A stretch of DNA of 64,000 nucleotides from Octopus sinensis (lineage: Eukaryota): positions 46,996,001 to 47,060,000 of the forward strand of contig NC_043008.1 in NCBI RefSeq assembly GCF_006345805.1, written 5' to 3'. The first letter of the stretch is position 1. Each line of letters opens with the position of its first letter. Position numbers and translations under genes: made by a program. A model generated the notes under the pieces. That model saw nothing but the letters and a program-made list of their open reading frames with translations, did not search any database and was not told where the DNA came from. This document shows, piece after piece, positions 40,072 to 54,711 of the stretch.

Positions 40072-40649
40072 GATCATAACGATGATGAGAGGGAGAAGGA
40101 GGAGGGAGAGGAGGGAACAGAATGAATTCGATGATGATGATTATGATGTGGATAATGATGAAAAGAAAGAGGATGCGGGTTGTAGAAATGATACTGAAAT
40201 TTGCCCCATTCGTTTAATTGTCCATTATTTGTAAAATACTGACTGTTGATAAAGGAGCGAAACCCATTTGGGAAGGAGAGAGATATTTATTATTGGGTGG
40301 TTTTCGTATTAAAATCTACCTATCAGTCAATATTTCGTCGTCTACTTTTTCACAAGTTATTTTCCACATTCAACTCTAAAAGCTTTTGTTTAAACTTTTT
40401 TTTAATCAATAAAATCGATGATGTTTGCACTGGAGAACGTCTGTACGTGTGTGAACACCTCTTCAAATACATGATATATCGGTGACAGCCTAAAGCAAAG
40501 TTTGTGTGTTTTTCTTCCGGGAGCTTAAATAAATGAAACCTAAATTTACAAAACCATCCAATATAATTCATGCATAATTTCTAGAAATTAATGTTTTGAT
40601 CCAGTCGCAGTCTTTCATTAAAGGTATTCGTAGTACGGAAAAGCTCAAC

Positions 40650-40812
40650 AGAAACACAGACGTGAGTAGTAAGAGGTTTTCTCCACAACCACCTGTCTCT
40701 GAGTTCAAGTGCGCTATGGGGCATTTTGCGCAAGTCTCTTCTATTATAGCCTTGGGCCGACCAAAGCCTGTGAGTGGATTTGATTGACGGAAACTGAAAG
40801 AAGCCAGTCGTG
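40650..40812 (+). mobile_element. SINE family 2 copy
   Basis: TATAGCCTTGGGCCGACCAAAGCC-TGTGAGTGGATTTG..GACGGAAACTGAAAGAAGCC. Confidence 0.8.
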
Positions 40813-40932
40813 TATATATATTATCAATAATAATAGAGGGTAAAATTAATTAATCGATCAATTACTTTAATAATTTTCAAAGTGGTTCGGTATGTTAAAA
40901 GAACCATTATCGGTATATATATATATATATGT

Positions 40933-41256
40933 TTATTATTTACATTATTTACATTATTTACATTTGACGGATATTTATCCTCATCTTGTTTGTTGTTAAC
41001 ACAACTTTTCGGCTGATAGACCCTCCAGCCATCTTCAGGTGTCTTGGGCAACTTTCGAACCTGGGTTCTCATTCCTAAGATATTTTTCGATGTTGTTGTT
41101 GTTGTTAATAATATTATTACTATTATTATTATTATTACTATTACTATTATTATTATTATTACTATTATTATTATTATTATTCGGGTCACTGCTTGGAATC
41201 GAACTCGTAATCCTGGGGTTAGCAGCCCGCGCTCTTAACCACTACGCCATATGCCC
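40933..41256 (-). mobile_element. Composite retroposon family H, copy 3 (most complete)
   Basis: rc GGGCATATGGCGTAGTGGTTAAGAGCGCGGGCTGCTAACCCCAGGATTACGAGTTCGATTCCAAGCAGTGACC, (AAT)n, then the tail with GACAC-CTGAAGA-T-GGCTG..CAGCC-GAAAA-GTT-GTGTT. Confidence 0.88.
40998..41043 (-). ncRNA. Minimal hammerhead motif (helix III C>A variant)
   Basis: Stems I and II intact, CUGAAGA core, GAAAAGUU instead of GAAACGUU. Confidence 0.55.
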
Positions 41257-41304
41257 GTGACATAAAATTGCAACATATATTTTTGTGTGTATGTGTGTAT
41301 GGAA

Positions 41305-41495
41305 ATTCCCTCCGCTTCACAACTAGTGATGGTGTGTTTACGGCCACTGAACCTTAGAGGTTCGGTAAAAAGGAAAATAGGCAGTGTAAGTATCTGGCTT
41401 AACAAACCATAAATACTGAGGTCAATTCATTCCACTAAAATTCTTCAAACCGGTGTCTCAGCATCGCCGCAGTCTAACGCCTGACACATGTAAAG
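41305..41495 (+). mobile_element. Short interspersed repeat family 3, diverged copy
   Basis: Colinear with 18085-18275. Confidence 0.55.
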
Positions 41496-44400
41496 CAGAC
41501 ATAGTAATTTGTCGAAATTCTTTGCTGTTCCCCAATAAACGAGGTGACGTAAAGGAGTCTCGATATGTCCCTGACCTGAATCCTATTCAAGAGTAACACT
41601 CTAGAATATTCAATAAAAGCATGTTATTTCGCAACTAATGCCGTATTTGCCATTGTAACATTACTATTCTAACACAATACAGCATGGTAAAGACCGAGAT
41701 CAGGCGAGGAATTTAAAGCACAGCACCAACAGTCTTTCTTTCTATTTAGGTGTCGTTCACCACATTCTCTTCTTTCTAAAGTAGGTCTGTCAATATCAGT
41801 TTTCACTCAGGAATCTTATGCGTATTCCATGCCTCTGCACTGACGTTACGTGTTCTATCGGTCCTCAATATTCTTCTCCTGGTGTCTTTCAGTCATTTGT
41901 CACAACTCTTAACACCAACTGTTTAAATTGTCGTTCGTGATCGAACGGATAATTGTGCAAATTAGAATTTTATTCAGCAATGGTAACTCATTTTTCACAT
42001 TTTGCTATGAGAGAATGGAGGAAACAATATTTGTTCGTTTTCCGCTCGCTGATTTTCTTTTTTTTTTACTTAGTTCTTGTCAAAAATATTTCACTTTGTA
42101 ACATAGGTAACGCAGGTAACGCATAAGATAGTCTTGCTGGTTTTGGCATAATCCAGGTGAGCTTCAAATGAACACACATTCTCACGGATGGATTCCAGTC
42201 GTATGCATCACGTTTTTACTTCAATCACCAGACCTAAAACTAAACTATCCAATATTTCCAGTTTAACACGCATTTTAATACCACTCTCACACACACAGAC
42301 AAACACATACACGCACATATACAAATACACAAGCATATGTATATATGTGTATGCGTGTATATGAATGTATTATGTATGTATACCCACATTATCTGCAACA
42401 GAAACGCAGTCAAGTCTGTTTCTAGTTACAGCCAACTAACATGGCAGTGAGACCGTTTGGAAAACGTAGTTCTACACATAAAATCTCCACAGACTGCGAT
42501 GGACATTGATGGATCACCATTAATAAAAGTTCTAAAAACCTCGTCTGACCAAGGGAGATAAACAAGTCATTAATGTATATTTTATCTTGAAATGTTTGAG
42601 ACGGTTTTGTATTCTAATGTCTTTCGCTTCATCTCTTCGATTACCTGACCCATTCAGATCGGTTAGTTTTCATAATTTTTATCAATGATAAAACACATCA
42701 AAGGTGATACAATAAAAATAATGCCAAAGCACAATGATTAATTTCTGTAGAGATTTAAATTTCATCGTTTTATGTTCTGAAGTCGAATCCCTCTCTTTTA
42801 CTTATACCCACAATAGTTTCGATCGTATAATTACCACACACGATGTGTTCTCTCAATATAATCAAATATGACTAATCTCTACGAATCTATAGTGATCGAT
42901 ATGTGAGTTAAGTATCGAAATACGAAATTGGTAGAAATGGTGGAATGCATTAAAGTATTTACTTGAAAGTTGCTCCAATCACATTTCAAATCCGTTCGAA
43001 GTTCATTTTAACTTTTCAATTACTTGCATCGAATGAATAACAACAAAGCACCGAGTGTTTACAAATCTCGCGTCTGTTAAATTATCGACACTCCACCTAA
43101 AAGCATTCTTTTTACACACAATTTTGTGTAAGCAAGATTACGACTATCGAGCTTTAGAAAAGAACATCAACAAGTAGAAAATATTTGTAAGAATATATTT
43201 AGGGGTGGCTCCGAATGACCTCTAGTCAGAGGTCTGAGTATTTGTGCTCAGATTTGTATCCAAAACTATGTGCGTTGACGTCACCTCTGTTGCAATAAAA
43301 CCGACATAACTTCCGAAATGTACATTTGCTGCATTCAACCCTCGAAATTAGATTGTTTGATGATCATATTTAATTAGTGAGAGTAATCTGACATAGCAAA
43401 CAATTTTCTTTATACAGAGCGAGAAAAATCAAGTAAACTTTTATGCAAATCATTTCCGCCAATTTAGATATGCAATGCTTGATTTTTAAATGTTTGTTTT
43501 CATTGACATTTAATATTCCTACACAAACGCAAAATTAGTTAACATAAAGAATGATATTTTTTTCTTTAGAATGTTCTAGACATGTTTCTCACAAAAGAGT
43601 ATTATGGTCTAATATCTTGGGAAATACTTTTAGCATTTCTTTATATCAAAGAAGAAGTTTAAGATGGAATACATCTTGTTAGAGAAATGGGGTCCCTATT
43701 TTTATTGAAATTTATCAAATACTCTGAAGAGGGGCGACGTTACGCCCAATCGACGTTTTCCCCGAACTGAAACGATAAGCAACTACTGCAACACTGTAGC
43801 CTCAGAAATAAAAACTGCTGCGACTCAGTTTCTTTTATAAATATCTGCCTTTTCCTTGAAATTAACATATTTTAAATAAAAGCGTGATATGAAACTTGCC
43901 GTTTCCGGATACGAAAAATGTGGGGTCTCCCTCTGTCGTATAGTATCCAAAAAAAAAAAGATTGAATTAAATACATTTTGGAAATAATATTCTTGCTGAT
44001 AACAGTATTTCAGGTGGTGGAAAATACCGGAGGAAGAAAGGGCAAAACTAATACAATAAATTATAATGTCTTCTTACGCTTGGCTATGAATTGCAAAGTA
44101 GACGATTGTAACAAAGATTTTCATCTCTCTGCGTTCTGCATAATAATAAATTGCCAAAGTGTTTGTTCAAAATAAATTAATATCAATCCATACTATCGCA
44201 GTCGATTTGGAGTTGTATTCAGGATTCTGATTAACACTTCCATGTCCTAAATTAAAATATCGCAGCAGTTAACGTTGATATTCATCTACCTGGAATTGAT
44301 AAAATGTTGCAAAACGTCCATTGAGATATTTTATCATTTTCAGGTAGAATGGATACAATTAACTCTAGTACCGCCCTTAAAAATAAATCAATATTCTTCA

Positions 44401-45009
44401 TATTTGAGTTAGCATTTCAAATCTTAATCTTTAAAATGACTCTGTTGAACCATAGCAAAATCATTCAGTGTTTATCCTGGTTTCTCCAACGGGGTGCAGT
44501 ATAATGGGACGATTAGGATTATGTGCATCTGTTGTGAAACCCTACGATTCCATTCAAATTACCTCCAGAACTGAAGGAATTCAATAAACAGTGATTGTAG
44601 TCTTCCAAACTGCAATTAAATATGCATTGTCACTGAATCATTTTTTTTTATGAATAACGTATTTTTATTATATTAATTTTCCCAGGTGTAAATTATTATT
44701 TGCAAAGAAAAGAAAAGAAATACTGAGGAGATATTTTTTTTTATTGTCACGTCCATCGAATCTTTTAAATCCAAGAAACCAATATAGGACGCCATTAAGT
44801 TGGTGAGCATTCGAAATGCAAATGCTGCAAAGGACTGCTCAGAAATTATAATGACTTATGATATGTTTAGAGTAAACTAAATATTCATAAGTACTACTAA
44901 ATTTCTTTTGGTCCTATCCGAATCCCACGAAATCGTGCATTTCTGGACGAGAGAATGTAAATAAAAATACAAGTAATAACTATTGTACTAACCCATCTCC
45001 ACCCCCAAC

Positions 45010-45635
<626 letters not shown>

Positions 45636-48600
45636 CGTGGATGTATGTGTTTATATGAAATGAGCTTTTGAGTTGAAAAACTGTATTAATAGATGGAATC
45701 AAGCGCAAGGAAGGGAGATTGTACGTTAGGTGATTAAATTCACAATAGGGATCATAGCACTTTTTATATTCACCTTTTGAAATGCATCAGAAGTCAAAGA
45801 AACGTTTGCAAGTATTGATTTCAGCTCTGAAACTATTTATCGCTTGCCTGCGAAATATAATTGATGATTTAATATGAGTCTTACAAACGTTCTAAAATTC
45901 TGTGCTTGAATAAAATCACACAACGATCGAATGTCTTGATAAACACACGACAGCTACTAAGTCTAAGCCAAGACTCTCACAATATTGAAGTTTGATATAT
46001 AAGTTTATATACAGATGTATTTGGTTGAGATAGATTGCTGTAAATTCCAAATGAAAATTACATGTACTTACGCCTCATGCGTTGTGTAATATAATAATGG
46101 AAATATATGAATAGCATGAGCACTTTTATTTCTATAGATTTTGTATCACACATTATATTGCTATTTAAATTATACCAGAAACTGTGTGACTCAGTTGAAC
46201 GTATTCAGCAGTGAAGTATGTAGCATCTATATTTCATTATGATAACATGGAAACTATTCTGTCTTGATTTTCAGATGGGAGGATATTTGAAAGACAAGAA
46301 TAATTGCTAATTTCATACTGGTAAAATGTTCTACAAAAGAGAATGCAACTAACACTGATTCTCGTTCCAAAATTGTGCAACTGCAGTGAAGGTTGACATA
46401 ATAAATTTGAGAATTGGTATTGGATTCTAGTTTTAACCAACCCAGCGTTTGTACACATCTAATCCTCTTACTGTTCCTGAACGAACATTTTTATTAGACA
46501 CATGCGTTCTGTTTTCTCTTGGAACCTTGTTTTAAAAGTAATGTTGATATCGGTTCGTTGCTTTATTATCCTAAATAAATTGGTTTCGACAGTTTTTCTT
46601 GTTATAAGACATAAATTCTGCCTCACGTGGTAAAAGATATATGAAATAGGTGTGCAGCGGTATTTGAATTCGAAACCGTGACGGTTCCGTAACGGGAGCA
46701 ACCATGACAAATAAAATTTCTATACTTTCAGGCGGCATTTCACATCCTGCTGATTTTCACCTACTTTTGACTAATCGTTGTCCCTGAGAATTTGTGTAGG
46801 TGTCAAGTGTATTGGAAAATTCCATATAGTTTTTGGCCAACTGATGGCCATAAATTGACATGCACGGGAAATAAGAATCAGAGAAGATAGGAGCTTGGCA
46901 GAGGTCGGTAGAGCTATTCTTAGTTTATTGGCAGCCACGTTAAAAGACCACCTAATTAAATATAAGGATAGCGTTCTTACTTCTATCCGTATAGAAACAT
47001 ACTCTGGGAAATCAGCTTAACGTTATCTGCAAGTAATCTCTATAATGTCTTTATGGAAATAAATGTGATCCGTAGAAATCTTAATACGGTAATTTTGTTA
47101 TTATATGGGAATATCACGGGCCCAAACCTAAATATCAGCTCGCAACTACCATAGTTGCACAAGTGACTTAGAAAGGCTTTACGTTTCGTTTGTAATTTTT
47201 GTCCAGTGTGTCATAACAGAAAATGATAAACTTGTATTGTGAACATAAGAAATTCTTCGGGGTGTAATGTAAAGGAAAGGGTACGCGAAGTCATTGCAGT
47301 AAATGAAATAAGAAAGCAATGCAAGGGAACAATGTTACGTGTAAATACAAGTTATAAATATTTTCGCGGACAACACTAGAAAAAGCGGCGACACTTAAAG
47401 AAATGAACTCAAACACTTAAAGAAATGAACTCAACCATAGAGCAAATGATTTTATATTATGGCATGGCATCAAGGCACTGAAGCCATGACTGAAACTGTG
47501 TTTCATTAATGACTGATTCGTGCGCCACATTTAACTAGTTCAGTATTGATTATAATATATCGGTTTCTAACTCGCAGTACTTTGAAGCGAATACTATCCA
47601 TAGGCCTTTATATATATTTAAGACAGTCGGGGGAATTAAAGAGAAACAGTAGCCCTGGATAACTGTATTCACCATTCAATATTTGCCAACATTGACCTTG
47701 CTTAAGATGTCACCTTTCTTAATCTTTGAAATGGAGCTCAGGACAGTTACAGGGCGTTGCAAGCTGGGTGTTCTAAGGCACAGGACTAGTTCGATATGCT
47801 TTGCAACACACACTCAGACATAGTTACATACACTATGCATACATACATGCATACATATATCGATATATAAGAGAATTTGTGCGTGTGCGTGTGTGCGTGC
47901 TTATGTGTGTATACAGATGTATGTATGGGTAACTGTCAGCAGTATGCCATGGATTTCTACGTGATATCATACCAAAGTATATTATAACGAACGAAAACAG
48001 TTTTCAGTGTGAAGAGACTTTTATAAGCATGACTCAACACGACAGAAGAGCAAGTTTGATTTGAAAAAAGTGTATCGCTTCATAAAACGCATAAATTACT
48101 TGGACGTGGTCTAGAATTGAAAGATAAGAACAATCTATGGAACATATTTTCTAAGTAGTGAAGCATATACAATACCTCAAAGAGTAACATAGAAGAACCA
48201 ACTAGTGTACGCAGGTTAGATACGTAAGTAGTCACAAAAAAGCACTGAAAAGCATTCAAATGGTTAAAACGAGAACCGAAAAGCCGTCCTGTTTTCAATA
48301 AAACATAAGAAGGTGGAGTTTTAGAGAGAAAAAAAATCGACTCTCAGATTCATACTTTTCACAGCAATTTCTAAAATTGTTCATTCATACGGTGATGCCT
48401 GGTAGCAGAATGGAATTGATAATTCAGAAATTGAGGAAATAGTTGAAACATTTGGAACTCATGTATAACAAGAAATAATAGCAAAGTATTGGAATAACAA
48501 ATTTGTTGCTTTCTTTATGACTTTGGGAAATAGAAAATCCTGGCATCGATCTCATAAAACACGCTTGTTGCTTGCCATTTGACATGATGCACTGCCAGGT

Positions 48601-49510
48601 AACAGATTTCTTCACCTTCTCTTTAGCAATCCAGAGCAAGGGACCAGGATCTGTCTTATCGATTTAACAACAATAATCCTCAATAAAATATTTCCTTGCA
48701 AGCAACTGATGCACTTGTTTTTGAAATAATATCCTGCAGGATATTTGAAATTTTCTACACGAGTCAGGCTAAACAAGGAATATTGGATGTTGTCAAGATG
48801 AAGCAATTATGATATGATATGACTGCTGACTGTTCGAAGGGCCTTCATTTGGCCAAAAGTTGCCGGATTATGAAAATGTTGCAAGCACAACATTTTCCCT
48901 GGATCTAAAATATAAAGGGTAAATGTCAGATAGAATACTGCACTACTTTGTATCAGAATGTTGTTATGAATATCTTTCTCGCTAAAGAACTGCGCGACAC
49001 AATATACTAAAGTTATTTTGCATTAATCTAGTCATCAAAAGTCAACTGTTTGAAGAAGAAATCCTCTACTTGTGTTAAAGAAAGGAATGTGAAACTACAT
49101 CATTTCATTGCAGGATATCAGTCGTCAAAATCAAATGCCATTTGTGTTTGTATTAACAACAAAAACCGAACATAGTGAAAAGCCAATTTCAAAAGATGAA
49201 AAATTGCACAAACCAAATTGATCAGATGCAGCTACATCATTGGTAACATTTGTTTTTTCTCTCTTTGTCGCCTTTGCATTAATGACACAATAAGTGATAT
49301 AGAATCATTACAGTAAGTACGATTGACGTAAGAACATTCTGAGACTCTTAGAATCTCCAAACCATTTAACGTTGACAATTTATTACCATTAACATCGCTT
49401 GTTAATTTTAGTATTCATGTTCTACATTTTGTATCTAACTGTTGATGCGAAAAGCTAATAGTGGATAGGTTTCTCAAACCAGGAATAATAACAACAACAA
49501 CAACAACAAC

Positions 49511-49544
<34 letters not shown>

Positions 49545-49566
49545 TAATAATAATAATAATAATAAT

Positions 49567-50055
49567 GTTATTATGTACGTTGTTTTGTCTTAGTATAAAA
49601 GATGGGCTACAGCAAATATTCTGCTCAGTACCACAGATTTGCTTGTCAGTTGTTTGACCTTAACCAGTTGAGCATGTCTTTTAGTGGCTGAGCATCTCTG
49701 ATCACGAGTAGAAGTAGCGGGGGAATATCATAGCCGTGTGTTGAGAGGGATTCTTTGGGGTTTGATTAATTCACCTTTGGAAACATGGGTATTTTGTTCA
49801 ACATACTTAAACAACCCTTATTCAGGGACCTTTTGAGCGGGATGGGATACTCGACATGAAGGAAATTCTAACTGGGCCCCACCTGAAAGGTCATGCGCTG
49901 TTTATCTTGATATAAGATCACCTTATCGCGCACATATATGGCTGTGATGCACGTGCTTGGTGTACCCTTATCAGACGGGTAGTCATGATGGGGATTCTGG
50001 GCTTCGTATATTTTGCCCCAGTGTAACTTTGATGACATGCACTGCTCTCTCACTC
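49567..50055 (+). mobile_element. ~490-bp interspersed repeat, copy 2, embedded in (AAT)n
   Basis: Colinear with 5412-5897; (AAT)n on both sides. Confidence 0.85.
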
Positions 50056-50105
<50 letters not shown>

Positions 50106-50188
50106 TGATAATGATGATGATGATGTAGATGATATTGATGACGATGATCATGATGATCATGATGATGATCATGATGATGACGATGATC

Positions 50189-50238
<50 letters not shown>

Positions 50239-50244
50239 ACAAAA

Positions 50245-51135
50245 TACAAAAAGAGATCGAATCTCTGCGGGCGGATGTATTAGTTCTCCCTGAACTTGCT
50301 AGAAGAGTAAATGTTAAGACGAAACGAGTTTGAAAAATCAAGCAAAGAAATAAAATGCAAGATTTTATAAACTTCTTCTGCAACCAAGGAAATGGTGAAG
50401 CAACGAATACAAGTGAAAGCCCAACGGCTCAAAAAGTATAGCAAACGAATCAGATTTTATCGACAAAACAAGATATTCAAGACGGATGCAAAGAAATTTT
50501 ATTGAGAAATTGGCAAAAGATAGAAATAAAGGAACCACCCAAGACTGAAGACTGAGGAAATGGAAAAGTTCTGGAAGAAGATATGGAGCAACAAAACAGA
50601 ATACAATGCTAAAGCTGACAGGATAGAGCGTGAGAAAGTGAGATTGGATGGAGTTGAAGAGCAGAAATGGGAGGCAATAGGAATAGAAGAGCTAAGATGT
50701 ATTCTTAGGATTTGTCACAAATGGAAAACTCCAGCACTGAATTCCTAACTTCTGGCTAAATTGTCTGACAGAAGTACTCAAACATTCAGCTGCATCTCTA
50801 ATTGGTGTCATCCAGAGCCCAGAACAAATATCTGCCTCGTTGACCAAAGGAACAAAATACCTTCTACCAAAAACTGAATATACAAAAAATTCAAAGTAAC
50901 CAACCAATATGTCTCAACACCACCTACAAGATGACCCTCACATCCTTATTAACTGACAGAATATACGCTTTTCTTGAACAGAGATCTATCCGTCCACAAG
51001 CTCAAAAGGGCTGATAAGGAATTCTTATGGGTGCACAGATCAATTACTCTATAATTAATTGTAGAGAAGTCTCGGAGCAAAATGAAAGACCTGAGTATGG
51101 CATGGATAGACTACAGGAAAGCGTTGGATATGTCC
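50245..51135 (+). pseudogene. Decayed R4/Dong-clade LINE fragment (pre-RT and RT domains 0-3)
   Basis: KQRIQVKAQRLKKYSKRIRFYRQNKIFKTDAKKFY, EKFWKKIWSN, HKWKTP, LTKGT.YLLPK, SMAWIDYRKALD; begins directly after (AAT)n(GAT)n. Confidence 0.8.
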
Positions 51136-51819
51136 ATGCCTTTCTACTTTGGCTCAGGTTCGGTCTTATTCCTGGTAGGATTTATGCGGGTACCGAGTTA
51201 CAATCTGTAACCTTAGGTATGCACAAGTTTTCAACAGTCTTTCAATTCCCTAGAAGACCCTCACAATCCTTGCTGTCTCTAACAGAGAAGATTTTGGTAG
51301 GAGCCGTACTTTTGTTCATGACCCAATAATAGTTAAATGTGAAACCTTTACGCATGAGACTAATAAATTACTTTCAAAAGAAGCTTTTGATTAAAAAAGA
51401 CAAGAAATGACTAATCTAAAAATCAAAACAGCTTACCTCAGAGTCATCCATAACATATGATCCTCAATGGTAGAAATGTGTCGACGTTCTGTTACGTGTA
51501 ACACTAGAATGCTTCAAATACTTTCAAGTTCAATGGATTAACAACCAATCCATATAACAGTCGATTAAATCGGACAGATATCGACAGAAAAATTACACTT
51601 TCTACAGAAGTCTTTATTCTTATTAATCCTTTAGCCTTGTATATTTCTGCAATTACCGAACATCAGACACCACTGCGTTTGTCTGTCTTAGCGACTTCAT
51701 TGCGATTCTATGCTGGAATAATCCCAGTTCTACATTTTCGGGTGGAGACATTAGTTTATATTTGACTTCGTAGTTGTTCTTTTCTCAGAAACATAAAATG
51801 GATTATTATTATACTTTCT

Positions 51820-52021
51820 TTAAGCCTGCGAACTGGTAGAACCATTGGCAAACCGGCGGAATGTTTTGCAGTATTTTGCTCGTCGCTATGTTCTGAGTTC
51901 AAATTCCTCCGAGGTCGACTTTGCATTTCATCGTTTCGGGGTCGATAAATGAAGTACCAGTTGAACACTGGGGTCGATGTAAACGACTCATCCACTCCTT
52001 ATGGCAAAATTTGAAACCATT
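51820..52021 (+). mobile_element. SINE family 1 copy, tail type C
   Basis: CTGAGTTCAAATTCC-CCGAGGTCGACTTTGC..GGGGTCGATAAATGAAGTACCAGT..TATGGCAAAATTTGAAACC then (ATT)n. Confidence 0.85.
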
Positions 52022-52037
52022 ATTATTATACTTTCTC

Positions 52038-52215
52038 TAAGGCGGCAATCTGGCAGAATCGTCAACACGCTGGACGAAATGATTAGCGGTATTTTGCCCG
52101 TCACTACGTTTTCAGTTCAAATTCCGCTGAGGTCGATTTTGCCTTTCATCCTTTTGGGTTCGAGTCGATGTAATCGACTTATGTCCAATCCTTGTGCCTA
52201 TAGTAAAAATGATTA
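52038..52215 (+). mobile_element. SINE family 1 copy, tail type B, in tandem with the previous copy
   Basis: AAGGCGGCAATCTGGCAGAATCG..TTGCCTTTCATCC..CCTTGTGCCTATAGTA. Confidence 0.8.
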
Positions 52216-54220
52216 TTCTTTCTCTCCCCACATAATTCATGTGTAGAACCATTTATATATGAACGAGAATTTATCGTTCAAAGAAATCAATTTCGGCGGA
52301 ATTTTCTTTCTATCCCGCTTTTAGATTGATTTTAAAATGAGGCAAACAATTATATGTTCTATCATAATGGATCTGGAACTGAATCCCATCGCCGTAGTCA
52401 AACTGTTTCACTTGTCCTTTACACAAAATGTACCAGTGTCAAATGAAGTCAGTATACTTAATCACCCATATTTGCATTTCGTGTAGAAGACACTGCAAGT
52501 CATGGAGACAATTGAGAATATGGTCTGCAATCTGCTTTAGGAAGATAAATATCTGCTGACATGGCAACTCGGTGAGCTCATTGGGATGAAATCTATTCGT
52601 CTGCTCGATGTGTTATTATCAATTATTATGTAAATATAAGTATATCGGCAAAGATGGCAATTGCTAATAAGGATAAATATGGAGACAACATTACATTAAA
52701 CAAATCCATTCCAAATACCAAATACGATGGATTTTGTGTCCATAAAAATCTTTTCGATTTCATTTTAATGAAGAGTTAGTCATTCCGTAGATTTATAAAA
52801 TTGGTTTTTAATCCTATCTTTTATAGCAAAACATTTGCAAACATCGCCCTACAATGTCTAAAGAATATTAAGATATATATATCAATGTTTTTAAACAGTC
52901 TTGGTTTATATCAGTCTAAAGTACCAACCTTGATTGAAGAAACAAACTTAACGTGATTTCAACGTGAGTTTGAATATCACCGACAAACCATGGCCTCAGC
53001 CTTGCGTTCATGAATTTCGCCACTGTGTGTGCCACTGTGTGTGCCGCTGGATACTGCACCTCGCCCAACCACAACAACACGTTGGTGTACTTCGCAGTGA
53101 ATAAATTCTAGAATTATGGCCACAAACCAATGAATGGAAGCGACTATAGACACTTTGTATACATACCCACTAGTACACACACACACACAAACACACACAA
53201 ACACACACACACACACGCACGCACAAACACACACGCCCACACAAACACACACACGCACACACACACAACACTTACACACACGCAACACACACACACACAA
53301 TTAGTAGCGTGTGTATGTATACTAGCCTTGAAGCTGCCGTTCGAGATGCATTTTCCATGTTTCTTTTTTTTTTATTCTGACGATGAAAATTTGCGACGCT
53401 TTCACAGAGCTATATTTGCTTGGAAACTCAGTGAAGAAATTAATCCACTTCATATGTTTAGACTTGAACTTCCATTCGTAATAAACAAGTGAAATGTATG
53501 ACTATCATAACCATAATTTTCCATCACTTCACCATTTCCGAAAAAGTGTTAAAATGAGATTGAGATAAAATGAATAGGATCCATTTCATTTCAATCTCAT
53601 TTTATCTTATATTACAAATCTTTGGTGGGATTCTGCAACCAGAATAGAAAGAATATTTTTCCAACTCGACATAAGTTTCATAAACTACTAAATATAAATA
53701 TCCACTCTACCACACTTGAAACGTACCTGTTATAACCCTTTGTCTCCCTCAGCCCCTTTCCAAACAGACACTGCTCCTTGTTCCTTGGCCTTAGATTTTG
53801 ATATACAAAGATATACAAGACTATAAATTAAAACTGCCCCCCAAACAGTAAAAAGCTAGATCCTTAACGATTCTTTTTTCCTGATACCTTAGTAGCTTCT
53901 AAGCTGAAATGAAGACAGCACGATCTTTGTCGATCTCCTTACCTTCTTGGAAGTTTTAGGTAAAATTATACTAATGCGTCCACCTGTTTTAATTTAATTC
54001 TATGTATTTATGCGGCTGAGGATTGCCCTGCATTTAAATTGATGTAATGGTTGCATTGTTCAATTAAATGGAGTCGCTTCAAACGATCGTACTGCATTAT
54101 CTCTGGATATCCTTGTTTATTTTGATTTTAATCACCTTATTTTGAAACTATGGAGAAAACCGTACTAAATTCTGGTGTCTCAAATTAAGTACCTAATTCA
54201 TCTGAATTTTACATATATAC

Positions 54221-54578
54221 ATAGGCAATTTTGTCGTTGAAAATGCACTTCAATTCGAAAAACTTGTAATTGTTTTAAAATAGAATTATTTACATACACA
54301 CCAAACTAGTTTCAACAATATTTTTTGCTTATCAATGGTAAAAATTTAGAATTATTAATTAGAAAGACATGTTTAAAAGCTTCAATGTTGACAAGTTTAA
54401 ATGTCCATCGCAGACAAATATAAACATATTTTTCTAATTAACAATTCTAAAGTTTTACCATTGATAAGCAAAAACATATTGTTGAAACTAATTTGGTATA
54501 TAAGTAAATAAATTTATTTTAAAATAATTTTTCAAGTTTTTCAAATTTAGGTGCATTTTCAACAACAAATTTGCCTAT
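54221..54578. mobile_element. MITE/foldback element with ~155-bp inverted arms
   Basis: 54221-54375 is the reverse complement of 54421-54578 (roughly 85% by eye), with a 45-nt spacer; ends TA-GGCAA..TTGCC-TA. Confidence 0.85.
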
Positions 54579-54620
54579 ATTTTTTCCTACGAGAAAATAT
54601 ACCCCCTCTTTTGCTATATA

Positions 54621-54658
<38 letters not shown>

Positions 54659-54668
54659 GTGTGTGTGT

Positions 54669-54711
<43 letters not shown>

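Noticed and set aside
41181-41256. tRNA-Ser(GCT)-like sequence as a true tRNA gene
   Set aside because: No paired acceptor stem or long variable arm, and it runs into the AAT linker; it is a SINE head
43723-43755. CTGAAGA followed by the hairpin GGGCG-ACGTTA-CGCCC as a hammerhead
   Set aside because: The required GAAA after stem II is absent (AATC)
47391-47434. Exact 22-bp tandem duplication (similar small ones at 26530, 42110 and 53020)
   Set aside because: Ordinary slippage duplications with only two units and no spacers; not CRISPR-like
48000-49250. Coding-looking region, possibly a very old RLE-type LINE
   Set aside because: No motif could be read unambiguously; needs a translated HMM search
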